This document shows positions 11,231 through 21,566 of a DNA stretch of 52,875 nucleotides, one piece after another. The DNA is from an uncultured Clostridia bacterium (lineage in GTDB: Bacteria; Bacillota; Clostridia; Oscillospirales; CAG-272). Position 1 is the stretch's first letter, and each line of letters starts with the position of its first letter. Made by a program: the position numbers and the translations under genes. The DNA lies in assembly GCA_944381095.1 (NCBI GenBank), contig CALWJW010000003.1, positions 1-52,875 on the forward strand. The letters are read 5' to 3'. Under the pieces are notes generated by a model. The model saw only the letters and a program-made list of their open reading frames with translations, had not been told where the DNA came from and did not search any database.

Positions 11231-14179
11231 TCAGTTTATGGCGGAGAACAGGCTGCGAAGCCTTATTTTGACCGCTCCGAGATTTGTTATTTCATCTATT
11301 TTTATCTGCGTATATATTTTATTTTCGCTTTCAAGTATCGCTCTTGTCTCATCGGTCGTTATTGCGTCAAGTCCGCATCCGAAAGATACAAGCTGTACCA
11401 GGTTCATATCGCTTTTATCTGCTATATATTTAGCCGCTGCGTAAAGTCTGGAATGGTAAGTCCACTGATTAAGCACCCCTACTTTGAACTTTTCCATCTC
11501 GGAACTGATACTGTCTTCCGTTATGACGGCAGCTCCGAGTGAACAGATCAGTTTGTCAATGCCGTGATTTATTTCCGGGTCAACATGATACGGTCTTCCG
11601 GCAAGCACTATTATCGGCTTACCCTCTTTTCTTGCTTCAACGATAATTTCTCTGCCCTTTTCGGCTACCTTGCTTAAAAACCTTCCGTATTCCCCGTAAG
11701 CCTTTTCACAAGCTTTCCTGACATCCTGATACGAGATCGTGCCGGGATAGTATTTGTTCATTGCTTCTGTGAACTTCTTTGCAAAATCTTTCGGTCTGTG
11801 CAGTCCGAAATAGTCGCATATGAAAGTCCTTGTTTTCAGATCCCTGACGTTTGCTTTGATCACCTCCGGGTAGTACGCCACGACCGGACAGTTGTAATGA
11901 TTGTCACCCAAGCCTTCGTCCAGATTGTACGACATACAGGGATAAAATACCGTATCTATCCCCATATCTATGAGTGCCTCCACATGTCCGTGCATCAGTT
12001 TTGCCGGGAAACAGACGGTATCAGACGGGATAGTCTGCTGTCCTCTGAGATAGAGCTGTCTGTTTGACGCCGGCGAGACCACCACTTCAAAGCCGATCTC
12101 AGTAAGAAGTGTATGCCAGAACGGTAACAGCTCATACATATTCAGTCCGAGCGGTATTCCTATTTTACCGAGCTTTCCCGGTCTGCTTTCCAGCTTCGAC
12201 AGCAAATCAAGTTTGTACTGATAGAGATTGAGCTCACTGTCACCGCTCCTTTTTCCGGTTACAGGTGTTTCGCAGCGGTTTCCGGCTATAAATCTTCTCT
12301 TCTCCCCGCCTTTTGTGCCGAAAGTATTTATGGTAAGCTTGCAGTGATTGGTGCATCCCTTACAGGTCATCGCTCTGACTTCGTGTTCAAAGCTGTCAAG
12401 TTCTTCTTTTCCGCAAAGTGTCGACTTACCCGTGAATTTCTCTTTTGCATAAAGTGCCGCACCGTATGCTCCCATAAGACCGGCAATGTCCGGTCTGACA
12501 ACGTTCATTCCGATCTCCTTTTCAAAGGCTCTGAGGACTGCATCGTTAAAGAACGTTCCGCCCTGCACGACTATATGCTTTCCGAGTGATACAGACGCAT
12601 CCTTCGTCGTTGCTCTTATCACCTTATAGAGTGCGTTCTTTACAACCGACATTGAAAGTCCGGCTGAAATATTGTCAATCGTAGCGCCGTCCTTCTGTGC
12701 CTGCTTAACGGAAGAATTCATAAACACAGTACAGCGCGAGCCGAGTTCGACCGGAGATCCGGCAAACAGTCCGAGCTTGGCAAAATCCGCAATGTTGTAA
12801 TTGAGCGCACCGGCAAATGTCTGTAAAAACGAACCGCAACCGGAAGAACACGCTTCGTTCAGGAATATATTGTCTATTGCCCCGTTTGCGATCTTGAAGC
12901 ATTTGATGTCCTGTCCTCCGATGTCAAGTATAAAGTCAACTTCCGGTCGGAAATACTTTGCCGCATAAAAGTGGGCGACTGTTTCAACTATTCCGATGTC
13001 TACCCCGAACGCATTCTTTATTATCTCTTCTCCGTATCCGGTTGACGCGGAACCCAGCACTTTTATATCCGGATTATCCTTATACAGCTGTCTTAAAAAG
13101 TCAAGTACAAGCGGTACGGGATTGCCGCTGTTTGGCTTGTAAACGGAATGAAGAAGCCTTCCTTTTCCGTCGATCACGGCGCATTTCAATGTTGTTGAGC
13201 CGGCATCTATTCCTATGTATACGCCGTCAGTTGCCTCCGATATATCACCTCTTTCGACTTTGTCTTTTGAATGTCTTTCGGTAAATTCCTTATATTCTTC
13301 TTCATTTTCAAAAAGCGGATCTGCCGCTTTATAAGTGCCGGAAGGCTTTCTGTTTCTCAGTAATCCGAGAATTTCAGAAATGGTATAGCTTCTTTCGGCG
13401 GGCGCAAGTGACGCTCCGTATGCAACATAACACAGCGAGTTTTCAGGACAAAGTCCCTCAATACCGAGAGTTTTGTCAAACGCAAGCCTCAGCTGCGAAT
13501 GGAAAGTGAGCGGTCCTCCGAGGTAAAGCACCTTGCCTTTGATAACTCTTCCCTGTGCCAGACCCGCTACCGTCTGATTGACTACCGCATAATAAATTGA
13601 CGCGGAAATATCCGGGATCCTCGCTCCCTGATTAAGCAGAGGCTGTATATCGCTTTTTGCGAAAACTCCGCATCTCGAAGCTATTACGTATATTTTTTCC
13701 TGTTTTTTGGCTGCCTCGTCCATTTCATCCGGCGTTATGCCGAGCAGAGTAGCCATCTGGTCGATAAAGGCTCCGGTCCCGCCGGCGCAGGAACCGTTCA
13801 TTCTGACTTCAAGTTCCTTTTCCCCACTCTCCTCACCTGTCAGAAACAGTATTTTGGCATCCTCTCCGCCGAGCTCTATCACCGCGTCTGTTTCCGGATT
13901 AAGCCTCAGAACCGCAGTTCTTGTGGCGTAAACTTCCTGAACGAACGGAAGTCCTACGTCGTCGGCAAACCCCATTCCGGCTGATCCGGAAATACAGATG
14001 TTCACTTCTGTATCTTCACCGAGAGCGAATTTTTCCCGTATTTTTTCTACAAGTTTTATTGCCTTATCCTGAACTTCGGAATAATGTCTTTCGTAAGAGT
14101 TATACAACAGTTTCCCGTTTTCGTCAGTTACGGCGCTCTTTATTGTGGTTGATCCTATGTCAAGTCCTATACTCAGCAT
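11231..14179 (-). CDS. Acyl-CoA dehydratase activase-related protein (two BadF/BcrA ASKHA ATPase domains + DUF2229-like region)
   Basis: GLDIGSTT and GIDAGSTT, ELGGEDAK and DIGGQDIK, MNGSCAGGTG and NEACSSGCG, CKGCTNHC. Confidence 0.87.
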   Translation of the reverse strand: MLSIGLDIGSTTIKSAVTDENGKLLYNSYERHYSEVQDKAIKLVEKIREKFALGEDTEVNICISGSAGMGFADDVGLPFVQEVYATRTAVLRLNPETDAVIELGGEDAKILFLTGEESGEKELEVRMNGSCAGGTGAFIDQMATLLGITPDEMDEAAKKQEKIYVIASRCGVFAKSDIQPLLNQGARIPDISASIYYAVVNQTVAGLAQGRVIKGKVLYLGGPLTFHSQLRLAFDKTLGIEGLCPENSLCYVAYGASLAPAERSYTISEILGLLRNRKPSGTYKAADPLFENEEEYKEFTERHSKDKVERGDISEATDGVYIGIDAGSTTLKCAVIDGKGRLLHSVYKPNSGNPVPLVLDFLRQLYKDNPDIKVLGSASTGYGEEIIKNAFGVDIGIVETVAHFYAAKYFRPEVDFILDIGGQDIKCFKIANGAIDNIFLNEACSSGCGSFLQTFAGALNYNIADFAKLGLFAGSPVELGSRCTVFMNSSVKQAQKDGATIDNISAGLSMSVVKNALYKVIRATTKDASVSLGKHIVVQGGTFFNDAVLRAFEKEIGMNVVRPDIAGLMGAYGAALYAKEKFTGKSTLCGKEELDSFEHEVRAMTCKGCTNHCKLTINTFGTKGGEKRRFIAGNRCETPVTGKRSGDSELNLYQYKLDLLSKLESRPGKLGKIGIPLGLNMYELLPFWHTLLTEIGFEVVVSPASNRQLYLRGQQTIPSDTVCFPAKLMHGHVEALIDMGIDTVFYPCMSYNLDEGLGDNHYNCPVVAYYPEVIKANVRDLKTRTFICDYFGLHRPKDFAKKFTEAMNKYYPGTISYQDVRKACEKAYGEYGRFLSKVAEKGREIIVEARKEGKPIIVLAGRPYHVDPEINHGIDKLICSLGAAVITEDSISSEMEKFKVGVLNQWTYHSRLYAAAKYIADKSDMNLVQLVSFGCGLDAITTDETRAILESENKIYTQIKIDEITNLGAVKIRLRSLFSAIN

Positions 14180-14199
14180 CGTTTAACCTCTTCTTTCAC

Positions 14200-16263
14200 T
14201 CAGATATCGGCTTCTTCCATGTATTTGCTGCCGTTATCCGCTATATATTTCTTTCTCGCCGTTATATTATCTCCGAGCAGCGTGTCGAATATCTCCGCTG
14301 TCTCCTCGGCGTCTGCTTCCGTTACGTTTATAAGCCTTCTCGTTGCGGGACACATTGTTGTCTGCCACATCATTTCAGGCTCGTTTTCTCCGAGTCCTTT
14401 TGACCTTTGAAGTGTATATTTCTGTCCCTCAAGCTTTTTAAGTATCTGATTTTTCTCCCTTTCGTCATACGCAAAATAAGTTTTGTCAGAGCCGGTTATT
14501 TCAAAAAGCGGCGATTCAGCAATAAATACCTTACCCATTGGTATAAGCGTAGGTAAAAGCCTGTAAATCATTGTCAGTATCAGTGTTCTTATCTGAAAGC
14601 CGTCTTCGTCTGCATCTGTACAGATGATTATTTTGCTCCACCTGAGAGAATCAGCGTCAAATCTCGGTATATCTCCTTTGATTTTTTTATCGACTTCCAC
14701 TCCGCAGCCTATAACTCTGATCAAATCGGTTATAATATCACTTGAAAATATCTTGTCGTATGAACTTTTAAGACAGTTGAGCGTTTTACCCCTGACCGGG
14801 ATTATTGCCTGGTACTCCGAGTTTCTCGCGAGCTTACAGGATGTCATCGCCGAATCCCCTTCAACAATGTAGAGTTCGCGTCTTTCGGGATCTTTTGACC
14901 TGCACGCCACAAACTTTTCCACACGGTTGGATATGTCGACATTTCCGGTAAGCTTTTTCTTGATGCTTATCCGCGTACTCTCAGCCTGTTCACGGCTTCT
15001 CTTGTTTATCAGAACCCTGCTTACAAACCTTTCGGCCTCCATCGGATTTTCGACAAAATAAACTTCAAGATTCTTTTTGAAAAAAGACGTCATCTCGACA
15101 CGGATAAATCTGTTGGAAATTCCCTTTTTCGTCTGATTCTCATACGATATTATGTTGGAAAAGCAGTTAGTCACTATAACAAGGCAATCGAGAATATCCT
15201 TGAAAACCGGTCTTGACTCCCCTTTTGTGTATTTCCCGTTATCGCGGCAGTATTTATCCACCGCATTCACAAATGCCGTTTGTACCGCTTTTTCGGGAGA
15301 TCCTCCATGTTCAAGGTAACTTGAATTATGATAATATTCCTTACAGGTGTTTTTTGTGGTCACGCAGAAAGACACAGTCATTTTCAGCTTATACTCTTCT
15401 CCGGTCTGGCTTTCCTCTTCTTCTCCATCATCTCCGTCATCTCCGTCCTGTGCGTTGGTGACCGTTCCGCTGACTGTCTCTTCCCAATACACCGGTTGCG
15501 TTACGGCGTCGTCTCCGGCTATCTCCTTCACGTAGTCGACTATTCCGTTCTCGTAAACATATTCACTTCCGGTAAAACTTCCGTCTTCCTCCTGCCAGCG
15601 CAGGCAAAATTTTATACCGCTGTTGACCACCGCCTGACGTTTGAGTATATCCTCAAACCTTTCTTTTCTGATTTTTATCGACGTAAAAATGGTGTTGTCC
15701 GGTTTCCAATGGATTACTGTTCCCGTTCTTATTTCGTTTTTCTTAAGCTCCCTGACTCTCAGCTCCCCTGTGGGCTCTCCGTAAGCAAAGTCAATCTCAG
15801 ACAGTGTTTTTCCGTTATATGACTTTACATGCATGTATTCAGAAGCATACTGAGTCGCGCACGCTCCGAGCCCGTTGGTTCCGAGAGCGTATTCATACTG
15901 TGCCGAATCCTTTGAATTTTTGTATTTTCCTCCTGCATAGAGTTCGCAGAATATAAGATCCCAGTTGTATCTGCCTTCATTTTCGTTATAACCGAGCGGA
16001 ACCCCGCGTCCGAAATCTTCAACTTCTATGGAACGGTCCTTGTATGCAGTTATATTTATCGTCTTTCCGTAGCCGGCTCTGGCCTCGTCCACCGCGTTGG
16101 AAAGTATTTCAAAAAAAGCGTGAATACATCCCTCAAGATCACGCGATCCGAAAATAACTTCCGGTTTTTCCCTTACTCGCTGTGCTCCCTTGAGACTGCT
16201 TATGCTGTTATCCCCGTATTGTAATTCGGTTGTTTCCTTCTGCATCCGCTTTATTCCTTTCAA
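14200..16263 (-). CDS. Type IIA topoisomerase B subunit (GyrB/ParE family)
   Basis: GHKL motifs EILSNAVDE, DFGRGVP, AGGKY, GTNGLG; Toprim VEGDSA, PVRGK, TDADEDG, RSKGLGE; alternative start ATG 16245. Confidence 0.92.
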   Translation of the reverse strand: MKGIKRMQKETTELQYGDNSISSLKGAQRVREKPEVIFGSRDLEGCIHAFFEILSNAVDEARAGYGKTINITAYKDRSIEVEDFGRGVPLGYNENEGRYNWDLIFCELYAGGKYKNSKDSAQYEYALGTNGLGACATQYASEYMHVKSYNGKTLSEIDFAYGEPTGELRVRELKKNEIRTGTVIHWKPDNTIFTSIKIRKERFEDILKRQAVVNSGIKFCLRWQEEDGSFTGSEYVYENGIVDYVKEIAGDDAVTQPVYWEETVSGTVTNAQDGDDGDDGEEEESQTGEEYKLKMTVSFCVTTKNTCKEYYHNSSYLEHGGSPEKAVQTAFVNAVDKYCRDNGKYTKGESRPVFKDILDCLVIVTNCFSNIISYENQTKKGISNRFIRVEMTSFFKKNLEVYFVENPMEAERFVSRVLINKRSREQAESTRISIKKKLTGNVDISNRVEKFVACRSKDPERRELYIVEGDSAMTSCKLARNSEYQAIIPVRGKTLNCLKSSYDKIFSSDIITDLIRVIGCGVEVDKKIKGDIPRFDADSLRWSKIIICTDADEDGFQIRTLILTMIYRLLPTLIPMGKVFIAESPLFEITGSDKTYFAYDEREKNQILKKLEGQKYTLQRSKGLGENEPEMMWQTTMCPATRRLINVTEADAEETAEIFDTLLGDNITARKKYIADNGSKYMEEADI

Positions 16264-16278
16264 CGTATTATCCTTTTT

Positions 16279-16307
16279 ATTATATAATTTATCCTTATAT
16301 TTGTCAA
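16279..16307 (-). promoter_or_regulatory. Consensus sigmaA promoter for the GyrB/ParE-family gene
   Basis: TTGACA (16307-16302), 17 bp, TATAAT (16284-16279). Confidence 0.7.
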
Positions 16308-16373
16308 TACGTTACCCAATTATTCTTTGTAAACAATTTGTCCCTGTGACTGACACCTGAAACGGAGGTTTTT

Positions 16374-16946
16374 ATGAAAAAAAACAACGCCGAAGACTAT
16401 TTTCGTCACAAAACTTATTTCGGTTTTCTCGCCGCACGTTCCAAAAACGGCGGACTTATCCGATTTGTGTCGGATTTATACGCAAAAATCAAAAAATACA
16501 CCTTGATATCGGCAGTAATAAAAGCGTTTGCGTTTTTTATCACACTGTTGGAAAAAAGCGCCGTTCTTCTTTTGCTTGCCGGAAGTTTTTTTCTGGTTTT
16601 GCCATTTGTTATGGTTATTGCATTTTCCATTGCTTCGGTTAATTTTTTTCTTTGTCTGAAAGTTAACAAAACCGTCAGACCTTGGATCTGTCAAGCGGAT
16701 AAAATTACTGTGATTATCACAAAAGAACATGTTTTCTCAAACAAAAACAAAAAATTATTTATGAGACTTGCCAAAGCGGAAGCTGCTGAGTTCACACACC
16801 CCGTAATCGTCGTTTGCAAAGATGGTTTCCTTGCCGCGAAATGGTTTTCACTTAACCTGCTTACCGTTAAAACCGATTACTTTTTCTTCCTGAAACGACG
16901 TTACCTAAGAAAAAGCGACGCAAAAATCTGTTTTGTCGTTCTGTGA
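16374..16946 (+). CDS. Hypothetical basic membrane protein
   Basis: RBS GGAGG, 190 aa ORF with 1-2 hydrophobic segments; no motif recognised. Confidence 0.65.
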   Translation: MKKNNAEDYFRHKTYFGFLAARSKNGGLIRFVSDLYAKIKKYTLISAVIKAFAFFITLLEKSAVLLLLAGSFFLVLPFVMVIAFSIASVNFFLCLKVNKTVRPWICQADKITVIITKEHVFSNKNKKLFMRLAKAEAAEFTHPVIVVCKDGFLAAKWFSLNLLTVKTDYFFFLKRRYLRKSDAKICFVVL

Positions 16947-16999
16947 AACCCCTGCCCCGTGAAATTTTGTGAACTTTTTTAAAACTTTGATAAATTGTA

Positions 17000-17028
17000 T
17001 TGCATTGCGAAAAGAAATGAAGTATAAT
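17000..17028 (+). promoter_or_regulatory. Putative sigmaA promoter for ftsZ
   Basis: TTGCAT, 17 bp, TATAAT. Confidence 0.55.
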
Positions 17029-17091
17029 GTTGTTAACAAATTTGATAATTATTCTGTGAGCCACGCCTCGCGGCGGCGGAAAGGACTTAAA

Positions 17092-18552
17092 ATGTATATA
17101 GATAACACAAACAACGGTCAGAAAAACCCTTTCTCTACTCCCGCTTCCGGATTCGCTACCCCGACTCCCGGATTTCAGAAACCCTTCACACCGGTTAATC
17201 CTCAGCCGGTTCAGGAGCCGGTTTCGGTAAACCCTGCTCCTATGATTGATCCTCCCGATGGGTTCATTGAAGGTTGGGATGATTTTGAGTTTGATGAATC
17301 CTCTCAGAAGGTTCACATAAAAGTTTTCGGCATCGGCGGCGGCGGTAACAACGCTGTCAACAGAATGTTCCTCAACGGCGAAAAAAGTGCGGATATGGTG
17401 GTTGTTAACACCGATATCCCTGTTCTCCGCAGTTCTCCGGTAAGACACAAGATAGCTATCGGTCGTCTTACGACGAGAGGTCACGGAGCGGGAGCAAATC
17501 CGGAAGCCGGAAGAAAAGCCGCAGAAGAATCCATCGAGCTTATTAAAAACAGACTCCAGAATGTGGACATGCTTTACATAACTGCCGGTATGGGCGGCGG
17601 AACCGGAACAGGTGCTTCTCCCGTAATCGCCAAAGCGGCAAAAGAGCTCGGCATCCTTACAGTTGCCGTTGTAACCAAACCTTTTGAATTTGAAGGCGGA
17701 GCACGTATGGCAGCCGCTGAGGACGGTATTAATAAGCTTCGTCAGAACGTTGATGCTGTTATCGTTGTTCCGAACGAAAGACTTCTTACTATTTCCAACA
17801 AGCCCCTCGAAATCAAAGAAGCTTTCAGAGCAGCTGATGAAATTCTGATCAAAGGTGTTCAGAGCATCTGCCGTCTGATAAATGACGAAAGCTACATTAA
17901 CCTTGACTTTGCCGATGTCACCACGATTCTCAGAAATTCCGGCGATGCGCACATCGGTATAGGCATTGCTTCCGGTGAAAATAAGGCTATGCTTGCGGCT
18001 GAGCAGGCGATAAACAGCCCGCTTCTTGAAACTTCCATCAAAGAAGCTGACGGTATGATCATAAGCATAATCGCCAATGAAAACATTGTCCTTAACGAAG
18101 TAACCGAAGCTACGCAGATGATAAAAAATGAAGCTTCCCCGAACGCAAGGATCATCTGGGGTCTTAAATTTGATCCTGAAATCGGAGACGGCATTGAGAT
18201 CACTGTTATCGCTACCAGAAGCGGTGGCATGAGGGAGTTGTATCCTGAAGCTCCGGCGGAGGCGACCGATATGAATATGGCTCCTCAGCAAGCGTCTGCT
18301 TATCAGCAGCCTCCCGTACAGCCTCAGTATAACGCTGCTCCCAGTTATTCTCAGGCTCCCCAACAGCGGCCTGCTCAGCAGCCGGCTGCCGCTCAGCAGA
18401 TCCCTCAGCAACAGGAACCTGTTCAGGTTAAGCCGCAGGATCAGACTCCTCCACAGCGTCCTGCATCATTCTACACAGACCTTGATTTCAAGTTTTTGCA
18501 GAATGTCGCCATGAGAAAGGATCATAATCTCGGCAACGACGACAAAAAGTAA
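17092..18552 (+). CDS. ftsZ: Cell division protein FtsZ
   Basis: [24 protein letters not shown] tubulin signature, TKPFEFEG, T7 loop INLDFADV; ATG 17092 after AAAGGA. Confidence 0.95.
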   Translation: MYIDNTNNGQKNPFSTPASGFATPTPGFQKPFTPVNPQPVQEPVSVNPAPMIDPPDGFIEGWDDFEFDESSQKVHIKVFGIGGGGNNAVNRMFLNGEKSADMVVVNTDIPVLRSSPVRHKIAIGRLTTRGHGAGANPEAGRKAAEESIELIKNRLQNVDMLYITAGMGGGTGTGASPVIAKAAKELGILTVAVVTKPFEFEGGARMAAAEDGINKLRQNVDAVIVVPNERLLTISNKPLEIKEAFRAADEILIKGVQSICRLINDESYINLDFADVTTILRNSGDAHIGIGIASGENKAMLAAEQAINSPLLETSIKEADGMIISIIANENIVLNEVTEATQMIKNEASPNARIIWGLKFDPEIGDGIEITVIATRSGGMRELYPEAPAEATDMNMAPQQASAYQQPPVQPQYNAAPSYSQAPQQRPAQQPAAAQQIPQQQEPVQVKPQDQTPPQRPASFYTDLDFKFLQNVAMRKDHNLGNDDKK

Positions 18553-18567
18553 TACAGATTATTTTTC

Positions 18568-18603
18568 AGGCAAGCCTGTGTTCCACTTTGGCTTGCCTTT
18601 TTT
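18568..18603 (+). terminator. Intrinsic terminator of ftsZ
   Basis: AGGCAAGCC-loop-GGCTTGCCT followed by a T run. Confidence 0.7.
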
Positions 18604-18635
18604 GCTCTTAGTATCAGATAGTCCGTTATTGGATA

Positions 18636-18669
18636 AAGACAGGCAACGCAATTATACGTTGCCTGTCTT
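18636..18669. terminator. Second hairpin/inverted repeat downstream of ftsZ
   Basis: AAGACAGGCAACG-N8-CGTTGCCTGTCTT, perfect 13-bp stem. Confidence 0.55.
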
Positions 18670-18670
18670 A

Positions 18671-18880
18671 TTTCTTTTAATTCATTTACAACTTTGTATT
18701 TATCCGGAAATTCCCGGGATATTACCCTATTGTCACTTGCTACTCTTTCTTTATCAACTTAGTTTAAACTCTGCTTTTACCTGGAAATTTCCCATGTATT
18801 AACCTGTTGTCACTTCCTACATTTCTTTATTTAACCATGTTTAAACTTTGTATTATCCGCAAATTTCCACTATGTTATTT
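18671..18880. repeat. Degenerate tandem repeat, ~75-76 bp unit, ~2.7 copies
   Basis: Units begin TTTCTTT at 18671, 18746 and 18822; shared AACT(T/C)TG, (G/C)AAATT.CC and TGTCACTT.CTAC blocks. Confidence 0.65.
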
Positions 18881-19697
18881 AATTACAATCGTCTTTGTTA
18901 GTAACTCTTTCCCTATTCTTAACTCCTCTGTAATTCTTCTCTACCCTCTTTTGTGTTACAACTGATCCTTTCTGAAAGAAGAGAAATCATTTTAAAAAAA
19001 TGATCTTCTCATATAAATCGACTATATTTCTAAATCGGTATTTCAGCAACAGTAATTGCCGTTCTGTTTTTTATCACACCCGACCGAGAATTTGCATAGT
19101 ATTTTCCGGAAATTGTTTAGCTCTTTTTTATTGGCTGAAAACGTTACATCTCAGTTATCAAATAAATACAACACCGTTTATTTTTTATCTGTTTAATGCA
19201 TGCATAAATAATGTCGGAATGTACTGATACGGTGCATTACATTCAGAAAGCATTTTTGACAGTATATGAAAATTAGCAGCGACAAAAGATTTTCGGCAGT
19301 ATTAAAAACTATCGTGCAAGTCTTAATTCAGTCATTTCAGCAATTTTGCAAATAATCAAATTACGCTCTCAGCAGTTGTCTTGCAATATATTTTTTCACC
19401 GGAAATATACTTTTGTGATGGACTATTAACATTTAAGCTTTCCGAAATGTTTTTTGCGTCATGTATGAAATACGACATTATTTACTGACATAACGCTAAA
19501 CGTTTTTGTCCATTCTGATTTACAATTCGGTTATGATTGTCGCAGCAGATGAAATCTTATTTTTTGCCATAAATTTTATTTATAGTTAAATATTAAAAAC
19601 TATAATTTGTTTATAATGTGTTCTTTGCATTGGATTGCGCAAGATTTGATCTGCTTTGCTTATGCCTGAGCTGAAAAATCCCGTTTACCCGATTACT

Positions 19698-21566
19698 TCA
19701 TTTTAATTTCAGGGTACGCATAGAATTGAGTACGGCTATAACCATTACTCCGACATCTGCAAACGTAGCTTCCCAAAGACTCGTTTTCCCAAACGCTCCG
19801 AGAACCAGAAAGAAAAGTTTGATAACCAGCGCAAACACTATGTTCTCAATTACGATTCGCTTTGTTTTTTTCGCTATTCTTAGTGCTGATACGATTTTCT
19901 GTGGATTATCGTCCATAAGAACCACGTCAGCGGCTTCTATCGCCGCGTCGCTTCCCATTGCACCCATAGAAATTCCGATATCCGCCATTCCGAGAACCGG
20001 TGCGTCGTTTATGCCGTCACCCACGTAAACAAGTTTCTTACCGGAAGGCTTAGAAGACAATTCCTTTTTCAGCTCATCCACTTTATCAGCCGGCAAAAGT
20101 TCTCCGGCAGCCCTGTCTATGGAAAGCGCCTTTGCGGTTTTATCCACACAACTCTTGCGGTCACCGCTGAGCATGACTGTCTTTTTTATTCCAAGGTCTT
20201 TCAGCCTTCTGATAGCGTCGCCTGCCTCCTCTTTTATTTCGTCCTCAACTTCAAAATATCCCAGTAGCTTTTTGTCGCTACCGACGTAAATTATTCCCGT
20301 ATCTCCCTCTGCTTCGTCAAAATCAATTTGCAATTTTTTCAATAATTTGGCGTTGCCTGCAAAGCAACATTTTCCGTTAATATCCGCTGTAACTCCCATC
20401 CCCGCAGTTTCATTTACATTAACAGCAACATAACCATTGTCCGTAACATATTTTTTGCAGTATTCAGTTACTGCCATGGCGATCGGATGGTTCGAGCCTT
20501 TTTCAAGAGCGTATGCTGTACGGCAGATTTCGTCGTTTGCCGTTTCAGCTTTGCTCATCACTTTCAAGGCGCTCACTTTGAATTTACCTTTGGTCAGTGT
20601 ACCTGTCTTATCAAATACCACATGAGTCACGTCAGCAAGCGATTCCAGATATACCGAGCCCTTTATGAGAATTCCGTTTCGTGAAGCCGCTCCAATTCCT
20701 CCAAAATACGAAAGAGGAACAGAAAGCACCAGTGCGCACGGACACGATATGACGAGAAAAACCAATGCCCTGCTCAGCCAAACTACCGGGTCCTTCGTTA
20801 CAATTGATGGTATTAAAAACAAAAGCAACGCTGATATCACCACGACAGGAGTATACACTGCAGAAAACCTTGTGATCAGTCTGTCGGTTTTCGCCTTGGA
20901 CTCAAATGCGTTCTCTACCAGATCGAGTATTTTCTTGACTGTGGAATCCTTATATTCCGACGAAACTTTGATTTTTATGACGCCGCCCATACATATTGCC
21001 CCGCCGCTTACTTTGTCCCCCGGCTCAGCATATACCGGTATACTTTCTCCGGTTAATTTTGAGTAGTCAAGCTCGCTTTCGCCTTCTGTGATTTCACCGT
21101 CAAGCGGAATTTTTTCGCCGGGGCGCACAACGATCATTTCACCGACCATTATTTCCTCAGGCGCAACCTCGTTTTCAGTTCCGTCTCTTATAACCCTTGC
21201 CTTGTCCGGTTTTATATCCATAAGCGCAGCTATTGAACTACGGCTCTTTCCGACAGCGATACTCTGGAACAGTTCTCCTGTCTGATAGAACAGCATCACA
21301 AAAACTGCCTCGGGAAGCTCTCCGATTCCGAAAGCTCCGAACGTTGCTATGCACATCAGAAAATTTTCATCGAACGGATGACCACCGGTTATACCGACAA
21401 TAGCCTTGAAGATGATATCATATCCAACAGTCAGATAAGGAATAAGATATAATGCGTATTTAAGGTATGTGTTCAGACCGACAGTCAAGTCGACCGCGAA
21501 TATTGCCGCAAACATCAGTGCAGATGCGGAGATTCTGAACAACAACCGCTTATGTCTGATTTTCAT
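19698..21566 (-). CDS. cadA: Heavy-metal (Cd/Zn/Co) translocating P1B-type ATPase
   Basis: FDENFLM, LTGES, SCPCAL, FDKTGTLT, SNHP, GDGINDAP; no N-terminal HMA domain. Confidence 0.9.
   Translation of the reverse strand: MKIRHKRLLFRISASALMFAAIFAVDLTVGLNTYLKYALYLIPYLTVGYDIIFKAIVGITGGHPFDENFLMCIATFGAFGIGELPEAVFVMLFYQTGELFQSIAVGKSRSSIAALMDIKPDKARVIRDGTENEVAPEEIMVGEMIVVRPGEKIPLDGEITEGESELDYSKLTGESIPVYAEPGDKVSGGAICMGGVIKIKVSSEYKDSTVKKILDLVENAFESKAKTDRLITRFSAVYTPVVVISALLLFLIPSIVTKDPVVWLSRALVFLVISCPCALVLSVPLSYFGGIGAASRNGILIKGSVYLESLADVTHVVFDKTGTLTKGKFKVSALKVMSKAETANDEICRTAYALEKGSNHPIAMAVTEYCKKYVTDNGYVAVNVNETAGMGVTADINGKCCFAGNAKLLKKLQIDFDEAEGDTGIIYVGSDKKLLGYFEVEDEIKEEAGDAIRRLKDLGIKKTVMLSGDRKSCVDKTAKALSIDRAAGELLPADKVDELKKELSSKPSGKKLVYVGDGINDAPVLGMADIGISMGAMGSDAAIEAADVVLMDDNPQKIVSALRIAKKTKRIVIENIVFALVIKLFFLVLGAFGKTSLWEATFADVGVMVIAVLNSMRTLKLK

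Noticed and set aside
9935-14179. Activase and dehydratase-like ORFs as a broken single gene
   Set aside because: Homologues occur both fused and split; the second ORF has its own ATG and purine-rich RBS after a 15-bp gap, so there is no evidence of a lesion.
16867-18411. 514-aa ORF antisense to ftsZ
   Set aside because: Shadow ORF on the opposite strand of a conserved gene; no motifs or RBS recognised.
18671-18880. Possible CRISPR array
   Set aside because: Whole units repeat degenerately, with no conserved repeat plus unique spacer pattern and no cas genes.
20140-20148. DnaA box TTATCCACA (another at ~1723 on the reverse strand)
   Set aside because: Isolated single matches inside coding sequences; no cluster and no dnaA, so not an origin.
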